In this document: in pieces, positions 26,296 to 36,185 of the stretch | Numbering within the stretch: position 1 is the first letter of the stretch | Layout: the number at the start of each line of letters is the position of its first letter | Assembly: GCA_021107855.1 (NCBI GenBank) | Contig: JAIORZ010000011.1 | Location: forward strand, 7,686-71,685 | Origin: an archaeon | Lineage (GTDB): Archaea > Nanobdellota > Nanobdellia > Pacearchaeales > GW2011-AR1 | Length of the DNA stretch: 64,000 bases | Reading direction: 5' to 3' | Notes under the pieces: model-generated | Databases searched by the model: none | Told to the model about the DNA's origin: nothing | Seen by the model: only the letters and a program-made list of their open reading frames with translations | Position numbers and translations under genes: made by a program

Positions 26296-28575
26296 ATGAT
26301 GTTTAAGGATGACGCGCCGCTTTATTCTTATGAGGTTGTGCGTGAGAGTGGGGAGAATGTGATGTATATTAATTATCTTGGTGCGGCTGAGGTGCCGTCG
26401 CTTGTTGATTCGGGCGAGGTAATGGCTCGGGTGATTGATAATTTGAGGGAGGAGGCAAATGTTTCTAGAATTGTTTTTGTGCAGCAGAGGAATTATTCTC
26501 ATGATTTTGTGCAGGTTCGGATGTTGGTTGAAATTGCGAATTTGATTGATTTTTTGGTGAAACAGGAGAGAGTTGTTTCACCTGATAAGTTGTCGCATTT
26601 AGACGGGTTGTATCAGGAGGCTTATGCTTTTTTGAATCATGTGATTAATGAGGTTTTGTCGTCGGACCCTGTGAAAGCTTATCGTGAGTTGCGGGGGGAG
26701 CTGTTTCGGCAGCGGGCCAAGGTGGATGGTAAGGAAAAGAGGACGGAAGGTAGTGAGTATATTGGTATTTTGGAGAGGGTGATTGGTTTTTTTGGTGATT
26801 TGGAATTAATTAAGATAGCTAAGGGCAAGTTTGATTCTTATGTCTCTGGAAATCGGGAGATTTATAATGAGTTTTTTCGGGCGGACATTATGCCGAATTT
26901 TACGTTTACTCGTATGGTTGCAAAATTGCCGGCGGACGCGGAGATTGTGAAGCAGTATCAGATTGCGGAGGGGAGCGATGGTAGTATGGTGACGATTTTT
27001 AGAAGGCCGAATAAGGCGAAGTTTGTTTATCACTTGTCGCCGCCGGAGTATATGCTTTCTGAGGACCATCATATGTTGTTGAATTTGGCGCGGAATGTTT
27101 TGATTGAACATAGCCCGACGGCTGAGGAATTTAACGATCCCGAGAGGACGCGGCAAGTTTTTTTTAATGTAGCGAAGGATTTGCTTAGTGATTTGGCTGA
27201 GAGTAAGAATATCGCTTTGAGTTATGGGGATTTGAAGAAGTTGTCGAATATTTTGGTTAGGCATACGATTGGGTTTGGTGTTTTGGAGGTTTTGTTGAAG
27301 GACGAGGATTTGCAGGATATTATGGTTAATGCGCCTGTGAGTTTGTCGAATATTTTTGTTAGGCATAATGAGTTTGGCGAGTGTGTTTCGAATTTGGTGC
27401 CGTCGATGGAGGATGCGGATTCTTGGGCTGCGAAATTTAGGATGACCTCGGGTCGGGCGCTTGATGAGGCGAATCCTATTTTGGATACTAATTTGGAGCT
27501 TGAGGATGTTAGTGCGAGGGTTGCGATTATTCAGCAGCCGCTTTCTGCTGGTGGGCTTGCGTATACTTTGAGGAGGCATAGAAGTAAACCTTGGACTTTG
27601 CCGTTGTTTGTTAAGAATGGGATGATTGATTCTTTGGGCGCGGGGTTGCTTAGTTTTATGATTGATGGGGCTCGTACGATGTTGGTTGCGGGGACTCGGT
27701 CTAGTGGGAAGACGAGTTTGCTTGGGAGTTTGTTGTTGGAGATTATGCCGGATAAGAGGATTATTACGATTGAGGATACGTTGGAGTTGCCCGTCGCTGC
27801 GATGAGAAGGTTGGATTATGATATTTTGTCTATGAAGGTTCGGAGTGCTTTGGGTGGCGAGTCTGCGGAGGTTAGTGCGGAGGAGGGGATTCGGGCTTCT
27901 CTTCGTTTGGGTGATTCAAGTTTGATTGTTGGGGAAATTCGGTCGGGTGAGGCGAAGGCTTTGTATGAGGCGATGAGAGTTGGGGCTTTGGCGAATGTTG
28001 TTGCCGGGACGATTCATGGTGCGAGTCCTTATGGTGTTTTTGATAGAGTTGTTAATGATTTGGGGGTTCCGACTACGAGTTTTAAGGCTACGGATTTGAT
28101 TGTTGTTGCGAATCCGATTAAGTCGGCTGATGGACTGCATTCATGGAGACGGGTTTTGTCTATTAGTGAGATTAGGAAGCATTGGGAGAAAGACCCGTTG
28201 AGGGAGGGAGGTTTTGTTGATTTGATGAAATATGATGTGAAGGCGGATAAGGTTTTGCCGACGGATGACTTGATTAATGGGGATAGTGAGATTATGAAGG
28301 ATATTGCTTCTAATGTTAAGGGTTGGGTTGGGGATTGGGACGCTGTTTGGGATAATGTTGTTTTGAGGTCTAATATTAAAAAGGAGACTGTGAAAGTTGC
28401 AACTAAGGCGAATATGCCGGACCTTTTGGAGGGCGAGTTTACGGTGAAGTCGAATAATGCGTTTCATCAGATTTCGAATGAGGTTGTTAAGGATGTTGGA
28501 GTACCGGTTGGGGATGAGGTTTTTCCTAAGTGGAAGCGGTGGCTTGAGAAGGAAGTGAAGAAATTTGATTTGTAG
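26296..28575 (+). CDS. type II/IV secretion (TadA/VirB11-like) pilus assembly ATPase
   Basis: GTRSSGKT Walker A, IEDTLEL, LRLG..LIVGEIR, GTIHG. Confidence 0.93.
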   Translation: MMFKDDAPLYSYEVVRESGENVMYINYLGAAEVPSLVDSGEVMARVIDNLREEANVSRIVFVQQRNYSHDFVQVRMLVEIANLIDFLVKQERVVSPDKLSHLDGLYQEAYAFLNHVINEVLSSDPVKAYRELRGELFRQRAKVDGKEKRTEGSEYIGILERVIGFFGDLELIKIAKGKFDSYVSGNREIYNEFFRADIMPNFTFTRMVAKLPADAEIVKQYQIAEGSDGSMVTIFRRPNKAKFVYHLSPPEYMLSEDHHMLLNLARNVLIEHSPTAEEFNDPERTRQVFFNVAKDLLSDLAESKNIALSYGDLKKLSNILVRHTIGFGVLEVLLKDEDLQDIMVNAPVSLSNIFVRHNEFGECVSNLVPSMEDADSWAAKFRMTSGRALDEANPILDTNLELEDVSARVAIIQQPLSAGGLAYTLRRHRSKPWTLPLFVKNGMIDSLGAGLLSFMIDGARTMLVAGTRSSGKTSLLGSLLLEIMPDKRIITIEDTLELPVAAMRRLDYDILSMKVRSALGGESAEVSAEEGIRASLRLGDSSLIVGEIRSGEAKALYEAMRVGALANVVAGTIHGASPYGVFDRVVNDLGVPTTSFKATDLIVVANPIKSADGLHSWRRVLSISEIRKHWEKDPLREGGFVDLMKYDVKADKVLPTDDLINGDSEIMKDIASNVKGWVGDWDAVWDNVVLRSNIKKETVKVATKANMPDLLEGEFTVKSNNAFHQISNEVVKDVGVPVGDEVFPKWKRWLEKEVKKFDL

Positions 28576-29568
28576 TTAGATATCTATGTCACGTAGTCCG
28601 TTGGTTTCAATCATGAATACTGTTTCGTTGTCTGGTAAATCTGGACTGTCAATTAGTTTGCAAACTCGGGAGTCTTTTTTCCCTCTTCTTAGATACATTC
28701 TGTAGGTGCAGGCGTGTCCGACGATGTTTCCTCCGATTGCTTTCGTTGGGTCTCCGAACATTTGTGCTGGGTCGCTCATGACTTGGTTAGTGACGTAAAC
28801 TGCTAGATTGTTTTGTTCGGCGACTTTCATTAGGTTGTGTAAATATCTGTTCAGCCTTTGTTGTCTATCGGCTAATTGGCCTCGCCCACTATATTCAGCT
28901 CTAAAATGTGCGGTCAAAGAATCGATAATCATTAGTCTAATGGGCTCGCCTTCTTTGATTAAATCTGCAATCCTATCAAGTAGCAGCATCTGGTGGTCTG
29001 AATTGAAAGCTCGTGCTACTAAAATATTTTTTAAAACTTTGTCTGGATTTGCATCAATTCCTTCTGCGAATTGCCTGATTCTCTCTGGTCTAAATGTTCC
29101 TTCTGTGTCGATGTAAACTGCTTTCCCGTTTGCGCCGCCTTGTTCAATTGGTAGTTGGACGCCGACAGCTAAAGACAAAGCCAACTGAGTCTTGCCGGAG
29201 CCGAAAGCCCCAAAAGCCTCAGTAATAGCCTTAGTCTGAATTCCTTTTCCTCCCAGAAGGTTATCTAAATTTTTTGAACCAGTAGTAATATGAAATAATT
29301 CTTTTCTTTTTTCCTCATGTTCTAGCCCGTCGACAAAGCCCATATCCATCATTTTACGCGATGCCTGAATAGCTTTCCTTGCGACCGACTCGCTCATGCC
29401 AGCCATTTCGCTTAGTTGAGCGGGCGTTAAAACAGCGAGTCCCATTAGTTCGTAAATTCCGGCGGCTTCTAATTTGGCAACGGCTCCGGGTCCGACACCA
29501 GGAAGGTCGATTAATTTTGGCTCTTTTTCTTCTTTCTCTTTAGGGGTTTTTTTATCCTTGTCAGCCAT
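28576..29568 (-). CDS. radA: DNA repair and recombination protein RadA
   Basis: LPGVGP HhH, GAFGSGKTQ, YIDTEGTFRPERI, IDSLTAHFRAEY; start MADKDK. Confidence 0.96.
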   Translation of the reverse strand: MADKDKKTPKEKEEKEPKLIDLPGVGPGAVAKLEAAGIYELMGLAVLTPAQLSEMAGMSESVARKAIQASRKMMDMGFVDGLEHEEKRKELFHITTGSKNLDNLLGGKGIQTKAITEAFGAFGSGKTQLALSLAVGVQLPIEQGGANGKAVYIDTEGTFRPERIRQFAEGIDANPDKVLKNILVARAFNSDHQMLLLDRIADLIKEGEPIRLMIIDSLTAHFRAEYSGRGQLADRQQRLNRYLHNLMKVAEQNNLAVYVTNQVMSDPAQMFGDPTKAIGGNIVGHACTYRMYLRRGKKDSRVCKLIDSPDLPDNETVFMIETNGLRDIDI

Positions 29569-29609
29569 ATTGTGAAATATCTCTCTTCCTTTATAAGAAT
29601 TTATATCAT

Positions 29610-30053
29610 CTAAAACAATTTTTGGAAAACCATCACAATAATTAGAAGGAGGAAGCCAACGAAAATAATATCTTCGGTCCATGACCCGCTCTTGACGAAG
29701 CCACGAATTCGAAAACCGAGTGGCCAGAATAATTTTACGCCAGCGCGGGTGAAGCAATCTAAAATTAAATGTGATAGGTATCCGATGAAGAAACCGAATC
29801 CTGCCCAGAGGTTTAGTAGTCCGAGGAGTAAGCTTAGAAGGACGCAGAATGTTAGACTGTGTAGACATCCGCGATGTTTTAAAATCCATGATAGTGGCCA
29901 GAATATTCTGCTGATTTTGCTATTTAGAGAATCAATGTCGACGAAGATTGCTCCTAATAAGATGAATCCTGGAATCCAAAATGGCATTTTAATGAAGAAA
30001 TCTAATGTGAGATAACTGACTAGGGCGAATGCGATATGAGAGCGAAATAACAT
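29610..30053 (-). CDS. membrane-bound metal-dependent hydrolase (YdjM-like)
   Basis: SH, DID, HRG..HS, SHLILD..T..G..LFWP. Confidence 0.85.
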   Translation of the reverse strand: MLFRSHIAFALVSYLTLDFFIKMPFWIPGFILLGAIFVDIDSLNSKISRIFWPLSWILKHRGCLHSLTFCVLLSLLLGLLNLWAGFGFFIGYLSHLILDCFTRAGVKLFWPLGFRIRGFVKSGSWTEDIIFVGFLLLIIVMVFQKLF

Positions 30054-30077
30054 GGATAGAAAAATCAAAACGAACTT

Positions 30078-31025
30078 TTAATCTTTCTTATCCAGTTTCT
30101 CAATCAACTTTTCAACATCTACCCTCTCAATCCCAGAAGCGACAATCTCTAAATTATTAAATAACTGATTGCGATTAACTCTTCCATTCAAATAAATCTC
30201 TGTTCCTAAAAAATCGTCTCTGAATGCCGTTGCTTTTGCTTCATCCTTTAAATCTTCTTCTGGCACAACCTGTCCAATTTGGTCGGAGAACATTACAACT
30301 CTCATAGTTTCTATTCCATCATCCAGAACAAAATTCAAAATTGCTCTGTCTTTTTTCTCGACAACTCCGTGTTCTGCGCACTTATATTTCTCATCTTCTC
30401 CGGCAACGACTTTTTTGTTGCAGGTTGGGCAGACGTGGTAAAATCTGGGTTGGAAAACTTGCACTACGGTGCCTCTAACTTTTATATTTTGTCCTTGCCT
30501 GACTTCATCTAGGTTAACTTCGCTGGCAACTGGTGCCTCTTTGACGTTATCCATCTTAACTGAACTTTTTTTAATTTCGCTAAATCCACTCAGGTGAATT
30601 TCACTGTCTCGCGTAGAGCCGTTCTTGATTTCAATCGTGTCACCGACTTTGATGGTTTCATCTTCGATTAGGGCAATATGATTGATGTCCCATAAAACGA
30701 CTCGCGTGGACCCGGTCTCGTCTGCCAAAATAAAATTAGCGACTTTCCCTTTTCTGTCGTTTTTTTCAAATTCTCTTACTGGAAAAATATTAACAACTTT
30801 GCCGACGATGTTTACTTTTCGCATTCCTGCCATTAATTCACTAACCTTTAATTCTTGGTCTTCAAAATTAATTCCTAATTCGGCTGCAATGATTTGTGCT
30901 GCACCTTCTTTTGAGATTAATCCTGATAGTTTCGCTTTTTTTGCTTCGACTTTTCGTTCGACTTCGACTTTCTCTAGTTTTGCTGATTTTGCGATTCTTT
31001 CGATTAAGAGTTCATAGTTGTTCAT
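30078..31025 (-). CDS. replication protein A-like OB-fold/Zn-finger protein
   Basis: ADETG..RVVLW OB fold, CPTCNKK...CAEHG Zn finger, LDDG. Confidence 0.85.
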   Translation of the reverse strand: MNNYELLIERIAKSAKLEKVEVERKVEAKKAKLSGLISKEGAAQIIAAELGINFEDQELKVSELMAGMRKVNIVGKVVNIFPVREFEKNDRKGKVANFILADETGSTRVVLWDINHIALIEDETIKVGDTIEIKNGSTRDSEIHLSGFSEIKKSSVKMDNVKEAPVASEVNLDEVRQGQNIKVRGTVVQVFQPRFYHVCPTCNKKVVAGEDEKYKCAEHGVVEKKDRAILNFVLDDGIETMRVVMFSDQIGQVVPEEDLKDEAKATAFRDDFLGTEIYLNGRVNRNQLFNNLEIVASGIERVDVEKLIEKLDKKD

Positions 31026-31139
31026 ATCTGGGAAACTCACATTCACTATTTAAGTATTATTGAGATGGACTACATTGGTGATTGTAAATTGGTGGAATTA
31101 GGTAGGAATATTTATAAACCAAATTCGGGACAAGTAAAT

Positions 31140-31286
31140 ATGAAATGTATAAGTTGTAGCAAGGAGACGTCGAAGATTGTGAGGTTTCCGTGTCCGGGAT
31201 GTGGCGAGGAGATTTTGCGATGTGATAAGTGTAGGGGTCTTTCGATTGAATATAAATGTCCGAAATGTGGGTATAAAGGACCTTAG
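31140..31286 (+). CDS. Zn-ribbon protein (DUF1610/HVO_2753-like)
   Basis: Four CxxC pairs ending CPKCGYKGP; conserved position before aEF-1beta. Confidence 0.88.
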   Translation: MKCISCSKETSKIVRFPCPGCGEEILRCDKCRGLSIEYKCPKCGYKGP

Positions 31287-31562
31287 ATGGGAACGGCGGG
31301 AATACAATTTAAGATAATGCCTGAGGGTGTGGATACGGATTTTGAGGAGCTTAAGGTGAAGGCGAAGGAAGCGGTTGAGTCTTTTGAGTCTGGGGTTTTT
31401 AATGGCGCGAAGGAAGAACCGATTGCGTTTGGGTTGAAGGCATTGATTATAACAATTGCACTTTCTGAGGATGAGGAATCTGATGCTGTTGAGTCTGCTT
31501 TGTCTAAGATTGCGGGAATTTCTTCTGTTGAGCTTATCGATTATAGAAGAGTTGTTGGATAA
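31287..31562 (+). CDS. ef1b: translation elongation factor aEF-1beta
   Basis: KIMPEG, EEPIAFGLKAL. Confidence 0.92.
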   Translation: MGTAGIQFKIMPEGVDTDFEELKVKAKEAVESFESGVFNGAKEEPIAFGLKALIITIALSEDEESDAVESALSKIAGISSVELIDYRRVVG

Positions 31563-31600
31563 CTCGCTAAGTTTATAATATCTGTTTTCTTAAATTCTAA

Positions 31601-32194
31601 ATGTCAATAACAAGTGAAGAGGCTTCTAAAATAAAGGAACATCTTCTTGGGCAGCTTGAGAATTTCCCAGAAGATAAGCGTTCTCAGATAACTGAGCAGA
31701 TTAATTCTATGACGGATGAGCAGATTGAGGCTTTTATTGAACAGAATAAGTTGGGTCATTTGGGAGGAGGTTGTGTGTTTTGTTCGATAGTTAAGGAGGA
31801 AATTCCTTCATATAAAATTGCTGAGGATTCTTCGGGTATTGCGGTTCTTGAACTTAATCCGTTGAGTAAGGGTCATGCTTTGATTATTCCGAAAGAGCAT
31901 TTGGAGGAGGTTCCTGTGTCTTTGAAGTCTTTGACCCAGGAGGTTGCGAAAAAATTGGAGAGGAGGTTTTTGCCGGAGAAAGTGGAAATTAATGAGATAA
32001 AAATTATGAATCATGCTCTTGTGGAGGTTGTCCCGATTTATGGAGATGAAACCGAAAGGTCTAAGGCGTCGGAAAAAGAGTTGAAAAGTCTTCAAGAGGA
32101 AATTCTAAAGCCGGTAAAAATAAAAATCGAAGAGCCGCAAAGTCATGTTGATATGAAAGAAGAGATTCCGATACTTCCGCCGAGGATACCGTAG
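31601..32194 (+). CDS. HIT-family protein with degenerate histidine triad
   Basis: CVFCSI, NPLSKGHALIIPKEH; HxHxH replaced by NHALVEV. Confidence 0.8.
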   Translation: MSITSEEASKIKEHLLGQLENFPEDKRSQITEQINSMTDEQIEAFIEQNKLGHLGGGCVFCSIVKEEIPSYKIAEDSSGIAVLELNPLSKGHALIIPKEHLEEVPVSLKSLTQEVAKKLERRFLPEKVEINEIKIMNHALVEVVPIYGDETERSKASEKELKSLQEEILKPVKIKIEEPQSHVDMKEEIPILPPRIP

Positions 32195-32195
32195 T

Positions 32196-33014
32196 TTATC
32201 CTAATAAGATTCCGATGAACCAGTCTTTTAAAAATATATAACCTAAAAAAGCAATTAAAAATGCTGGCACGAAGGCTATCCCTTCTTTGATTAGGATGAT
32301 CTTTTTCTTTTTTAATAGTTTGATGTCATTTAGACTTAGTCCATCCCAGTTTGCTTTGATAATTTTTTTGCCTATTTTGATGTCTTTGACTAGCCAGTCT
32401 CCTTCTCGAAGATTTTCTCCTGAGATTTTTCGAATCATTGATACGTTTTCTAGTCCCTTGGCAAAAATGTAGAGTCCCATAAATATGATAGAGAAAATTC
32501 CGGCTAAGAGGAATAGGAAATTAACAAAACCTAATAAAATCAATCCTAAGCTGAGTGATAGATGCCAGATGGTGAATTTTTTTGCGACGCGACCCATTTC
32601 TTTGTTTACAGTTTTTCTGTTTTTAGAATATAAAAATCCGGAATAGAGTAAGCCATAAATGGAGCCGCTTAGCATTAAAAAGAATAAGAAGACTCCGATG
32701 TTGGTTGTTGATTCGTAAAAAGAAGCTCCGATGAAAAGGGCTGTCATCGCGATTAATAATTTTGCATCTCCTCCTGCGAAGACTCGTCCGTAGTAGAATA
32801 GGTTCATGATTCCGAACATTATGATTAAGATGAATCCAAGATGGAAAATGGTGTTGTAACTTTTATCTAGAATTGCTCCGTAGGAAATGAAGACGATTCC
32901 CCCTATCATCAAAAATAAATTCAGCCAGTTGTCAACTTCTCGTCTTTTTAAATCTTGTAAGGTTGCAATAATAATACCAATCAAAAAAAACCAAATTAAA
33001 AATTCAAAACTCAT
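32196..33014 (-). CDS. prepilin peptidase (A24; PibD/FlaK-like)
   Basis: QDLKRREV and GGDAKL catalytic aspartates, C-terminal FVPAF. Confidence 0.9.
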   Translation of the reverse strand: MSFEFLIWFFLIGIIIATLQDLKRREVDNWLNLFLMIGGIVFISYGAILDKSYNTIFHLGFILIIMFGIMNLFYYGRVFAGGDAKLLIAMTALFIGASFYESTTNIGVFLFFLMLSGSIYGLLYSGFLYSKNRKTVNKEMGRVAKKFTIWHLSLSLGLILLGFVNFLFLLAGIFSIIFMGLYIFAKGLENVSMIRKISGENLREGDWLVKDIKIGKKIIKANWDGLSLNDIKLLKKKKIILIKEGIAFVPAFLIAFLGYIFLKDWFIGILLG

Positions 33015-33068
33015 CTCAAATTTTCCTTATAATAATTAGTCATATTATTCAACTAATCTAAAATTTAT

Positions 33069-33242
33069 TTAAACCTTCCTTTTTTTGTTCTTAACCAACT
33101 TCCCCATTTTGTCTTTCATCTCGCTACTTTCTTCGGTTACGTTATTAGACCTGAATTTTCCACCTCTTTTGTATCCTCGCGCCAGTCGTTTTCTTTTTAA
33201 GTCTTTTTTTGTTCTACGCCTTTCGCATCCTCCAAAATCCAT
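33069..33242 (-). CDS. small basic protein (57 aa, not in ORF track)
   Basis: MDFGGCERRRTKKDLKRKRLARGYKRGGKFRS...; TATA-like element upstream. Confidence 0.55.
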   Translation of the reverse strand: MDFGGCERRRTKKDLKRKRLARGYKRGGKFRSNNVTEESSEMKDKMGKLVKNKKRKV

Positions 33243-33287
33243 GTAAGATTAAAGTTAAACAACTTAATAAATCTTTTTTATGTTCGA

Positions 33288-33866
33288 TTATTCATCATTT
33301 ACCAAGAAGGTTCCACTTTTTTTGGTTATTGAATATTCTTTGTCAAACTCGAAATAAAAGTCAACAGGGAAATTAACTTTCTCAATTTTTAGTGCTTTTA
33401 ATTCGAAAGTTTTTCCAATTTTTCCACGTCTGAATTTCATTTCGTTAGAACTGATTTCGCTTAGGCTTTCTTTATAGGCGATGTTTTCTAGAAAAGTATC
33501 TTCGTTGAAAGTTCCTTCTTCTAAGGCTTTTCCTTCCCAAAATAAATTTGAAAAAATGAAGTTTTTCATTTCATCGTTGATTCCGGAAATAAATTTGGTT
33601 CTAAATTCTTTCATGAATTCGGCAGTTCCAAAATTTGCTTCGACTTCGTCTAAGGTTTTTTTGATTAATTCTGTTTCCCTCATTTCGAAGATGGTTTTAT
33701 TGTCGCGGATTTCTAGGACGGTTAGTGGTGAGACCAAAGAACTTTGCACGTTCCCTTGTTGTTTTAGGTAAATTGTGATGGAAAGGCTGCACATCATTAT
33801 GGTTATGAGAAGTAAAATAAATGAAAAGAGTTGTGCTTTTTTATTCATCTTTTTGTTTCTCGGCAT
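33288..33866 (-). CDS. pilin-like protein (class III signal peptide)
   Basis: NKKA|QLFSF followed by a hydrophobic helix. Confidence 0.8.
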   Translation of the reverse strand: MPRNKKMNKKAQLFSFILLLITIMMCSLSITIYLKQQGNVQSSLVSPLTVLEIRDNKTIFEMRETELIKKTLDEVEANFGTAEFMKEFRTKFISGINDEMKNFIFSNLFWEGKALEEGTFNEDTFLENIAYKESLSEISSNEMKFRRGKIGKTFELKALKIEKVNFPVDFYFEFDKEYSITKKSGTFLVNDE

Positions 33867-34152
33867 TTAATATTTCTTCCATTCTTTGTAGCGCTTCTTC
33901 TACGCTTTCTCCTTCTGCGACTAAAAATTTGGCATCATTTAGTAAGATGAATCTATCTGAGTAGTCAAAAATGTTATCTAGCTCGACTTTTTCTTCATCG
34001 TAAATTCCGACTTCTGCAGCGTGGTTTTTGTTGTCTAGTTTTTTGATGATTCCGCCGGCTACGATGTAGACGATTAAAATTAGAACGATTAAAATTGTCG
34101 CTCCGAAAAATATGATGAAGTTAGATAGAAGTCCTCGTTTATTCGTCTCCAT
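33841..34152 (-). CDS. pilin-like protein (class III signal peptide)
   Basis: NKRG|LLSNF followed by a hydrophobic helix. Confidence 0.8.
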   Translation of the reverse strand: METNKRGLLSNFIIFFGATILIVLILIVYIVAGGIIKKLDNKNHAAEVGIYDEEKVELDNIFDYSDRFILLNDAKFLVAEGESVEEALQRMEEILNAEKQKDE

Positions 34153-34672
34153 AGTTGACTAGAACCTCCATTTCCATTCTTCCGGCGTATTTTTTTCGGT
34201 CTTCTAATATTAGAACGGAATAATTTGCGATGTAATATCCTGGGTCGTATTTAACGAGATCGTTGGTGTTTTTTCCTAGTAGATTGTTTCCGACTGTGGT
34301 GGTTTTACCGAATAGGTCTTTAATCCAGAGTGCTCCCGAATCTCCTATGTTTCCTTTGGTGACTTTTTCGCCATCTTCATCGAAGACATTTACTTCGACA
34401 TAAAATCTTTCGCTGTCTGCGATTTTGCAATCTTTTAGTGTGTCGCTGATTTTTTCTTCTAGGTTTAAAATGCCTTTCGGTGCTAAACATTCGACGGTTT
34501 CTCGTGCCAAAATTCTGGCTTCTACATCTCGGACGTCAATATAATAAGCGTAGACAAACGAGCCGGCTCCGAATACTACGAATGCAACCAGCGTGACCAT
34601 GAATAACCGATACATCATATGAATTCCTTCTGCCATCTGTCCTCTTTTATTTACGCTTTTGGAAATTTTCAT
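34139..34672 (-). CDS. pilin-like protein (class III signal peptide)
   Basis: NKRG|QMAEG followed by a hydrophobic helix. Confidence 0.8.
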   Translation of the reverse strand: MKISKSVNKRGQMAEGIHMMYRLFMVTLVAFVVFGAGSFVYAYYIDVRDVEARILARETVECLAPKGILNLEEKISDTLKDCKIADSERFYVEVNVFDEDGEKVTKGNIGDSGALWIKDLFGKTTTVGNNLLGKNTNDLVKYDPGYYIANYSVLILEDRKKYAGRMEMEVLVNYGDE

Positions 34673-35040
34673 TATTTGACTTTTACAATAAATTTACTTT
34701 CATTCTCATCGACTTCCACGGAATATCTGGAGAAGTAGGGATAGCCTTTGGTTGACCCGAATCCTTCTACTCCGACGAAAACTTTTCCGTCTCGGACTTC
34801 TACTTTATCGACTAGTCCGTTCATGTTTATTTTATTGATTTCAAAGCTCATGCCTGCTTCTGCGGAATCTATGAGTAGCGCGATTTGTTTTTCTATGACT
34901 TGTTGTTTAACGTCTCGTCCTCCGACTCGTCCTGCTGTGGCGAATAGGAAAACGGCGAGGACTAGAGCGATTAGGATTATGTGGATTATGACTTCGTTTA
35001 GGAGTGAGGCTTTTTTGTTCATGCTGGGATTCCTTCCCAT
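34672..35040 (-). CDS. pilin-like protein (class III signal peptide)
   Basis: NKKA|SLLNEV followed by a hydrophobic helix. Confidence 0.8.
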   Translation of the reverse strand: MGRNPSMNKKASLLNEVIIHIILIALVLAVFLFATAGRVGGRDVKQQVIEKQIALLIDSAEAGMSFEINKINMNGLVDKVEVRDGKVFVGVEGFGSTKGYPYFSRYSVEVDENESKFIVKVK

Positions 35041-36026
35041 GTTTCGCAGAATCCTATGTTAGCATTATCTACTGATTCTTTATAAGTCTCAAAATGCTTC
35101 CACTGTTCTCCCAATATAGAATTCTTAATGTATCCCCAATATTGAGTTAAAGATCCATAAGAAAGATCTAGAATAAAACTTTTTCTTACTTCTGTGAAGG
35201 GGTCGTCTTTTTGATTAGTTTGAAAATAGAAAAGATAAGGTACATATTTCCCAAAGGGGTCTTTGCCCATAGAGGCGATTCCGTAATTAATTAGTAGGTC
35301 TCCGTCTTTTGCACTGAAAGTTTCGGGTAGTGAAATATTAATGGTTTTCATATATGCTTCGAATTCTCCTCCGGTGAGCTTGTTTTTCAAGTCAACAAAT
35401 TCAATGCCATAGAATTTTTCTGTTTTTTTAATTTCAAATTTCTCCCCGTATAAATTGAAAGGTATCCCATTTCCGAAATCAAATGCTGCGAATTTTTTCC
35501 CTGAATCTCGTAAATAAACATAGTAACTATATTTTGGGGTCATTGGTAGGTCTAGTGCGTTTCGGATGTTGATGGTTTTATCTCCCAGTTTTTCTTTGGC
35601 TTCGGGTGTTAGGTGAATTCTGGCGCAGGGGACGCAGGTGCTTGATTTGAAGAATTTTGAAGGGAAGGCGCTGGCGTCTCCTTTGTCATAGAGTGCCCAA
35701 CATTCTGCCATTGTCTCAGCGATTTTTGTTTCTATCTCCATTCTCCCGTCTTTGTCTGGGGTGACATCATTTTTATCAATTTCAATAACACGTGTTTTGC
35801 ATTTTAGTGGGAATTCGTCTTTGAAAGAGGGTCCGTCAAATTTTGCAATCGTTAGTTCGGGCAAGGTTGACCTTACCTGGATACTCTGTCGGCAAATTTC
35901 CCATTCCATATCTTCGCTGGTGAAATATTCGTTAAAGATAAAATATAGACTTAAGCTTAAAATTAAGAGTCCTAAAATTAGTGATAGCATGATGTCCCAT
36001 TTGTAGTCACCTTTTTTATTCACCAT
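35019..36026 (-). CDS. large pilin-like protein with Cys motifs
   Basis: NKKG|DYKW, hydrophobic helix, CRQSI, PLKCKT, MAECW, CVPC. Confidence 0.8.
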   Translation of the reverse strand: MVNKKGDYKWDIMLSLILGLLILSLSLYFIFNEYFTSEDMEWEICRQSIQVRSTLPELTIAKFDGPSFKDEFPLKCKTRVIEIDKNDVTPDKDGRMEIETKIAETMAECWALYDKGDASAFPSKFFKSSTCVPCARIHLTPEAKEKLGDKTINIRNALDLPMTPKYSYYVYLRDSGKKFAAFDFGNGIPFNLYGEKFEIKKTEKFYGIEFVDLKNKLTGGEFEAYMKTINISLPETFSAKDGDLLINYGIASMGKDPFGKYVPYLFYFQTNQKDDPFTEVRKSFILDLSYGSLTQYWGYIKNSILGEQWKHFETYKESVDNANIGFCETWEGIPA

Positions 36027-36056
36027 AGGACAAAATATAAAACAAAGTTAATAAAT

Positions 36057-36185
36057 CTACCCAATAATTTTGGCGACAATTTTCCAGACTGCGAAACTCG
36101 ATGCGATTAGGAGCCCTAGATATCCGATTAATTTGATTGTGTTGTCTGTAAGGGCTTCTCCGCTTTTATCGGATGCTAAATTCAT
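36057..36185 (-). CDS. Flp-sized mini-pilin (42 aa, not in ORF track)
   Basis: MNLASDKSG|EALTDNTIKLIGYLGLLIASSFAVWKIVAKIIG. Confidence 0.6.
   Translation of the reverse strand: MNLASDKSGEALTDNTIKLIGYLGLLIASSFAVWKIVAKIIG

Noticed and set aside
28576..29889. Extended RadA N-terminus, or inteins in RadA and DP2
   Set aside because: The extension overlaps the upstream hydrolase gene and the true start is 29568; both proteins are normal length with no intein motifs
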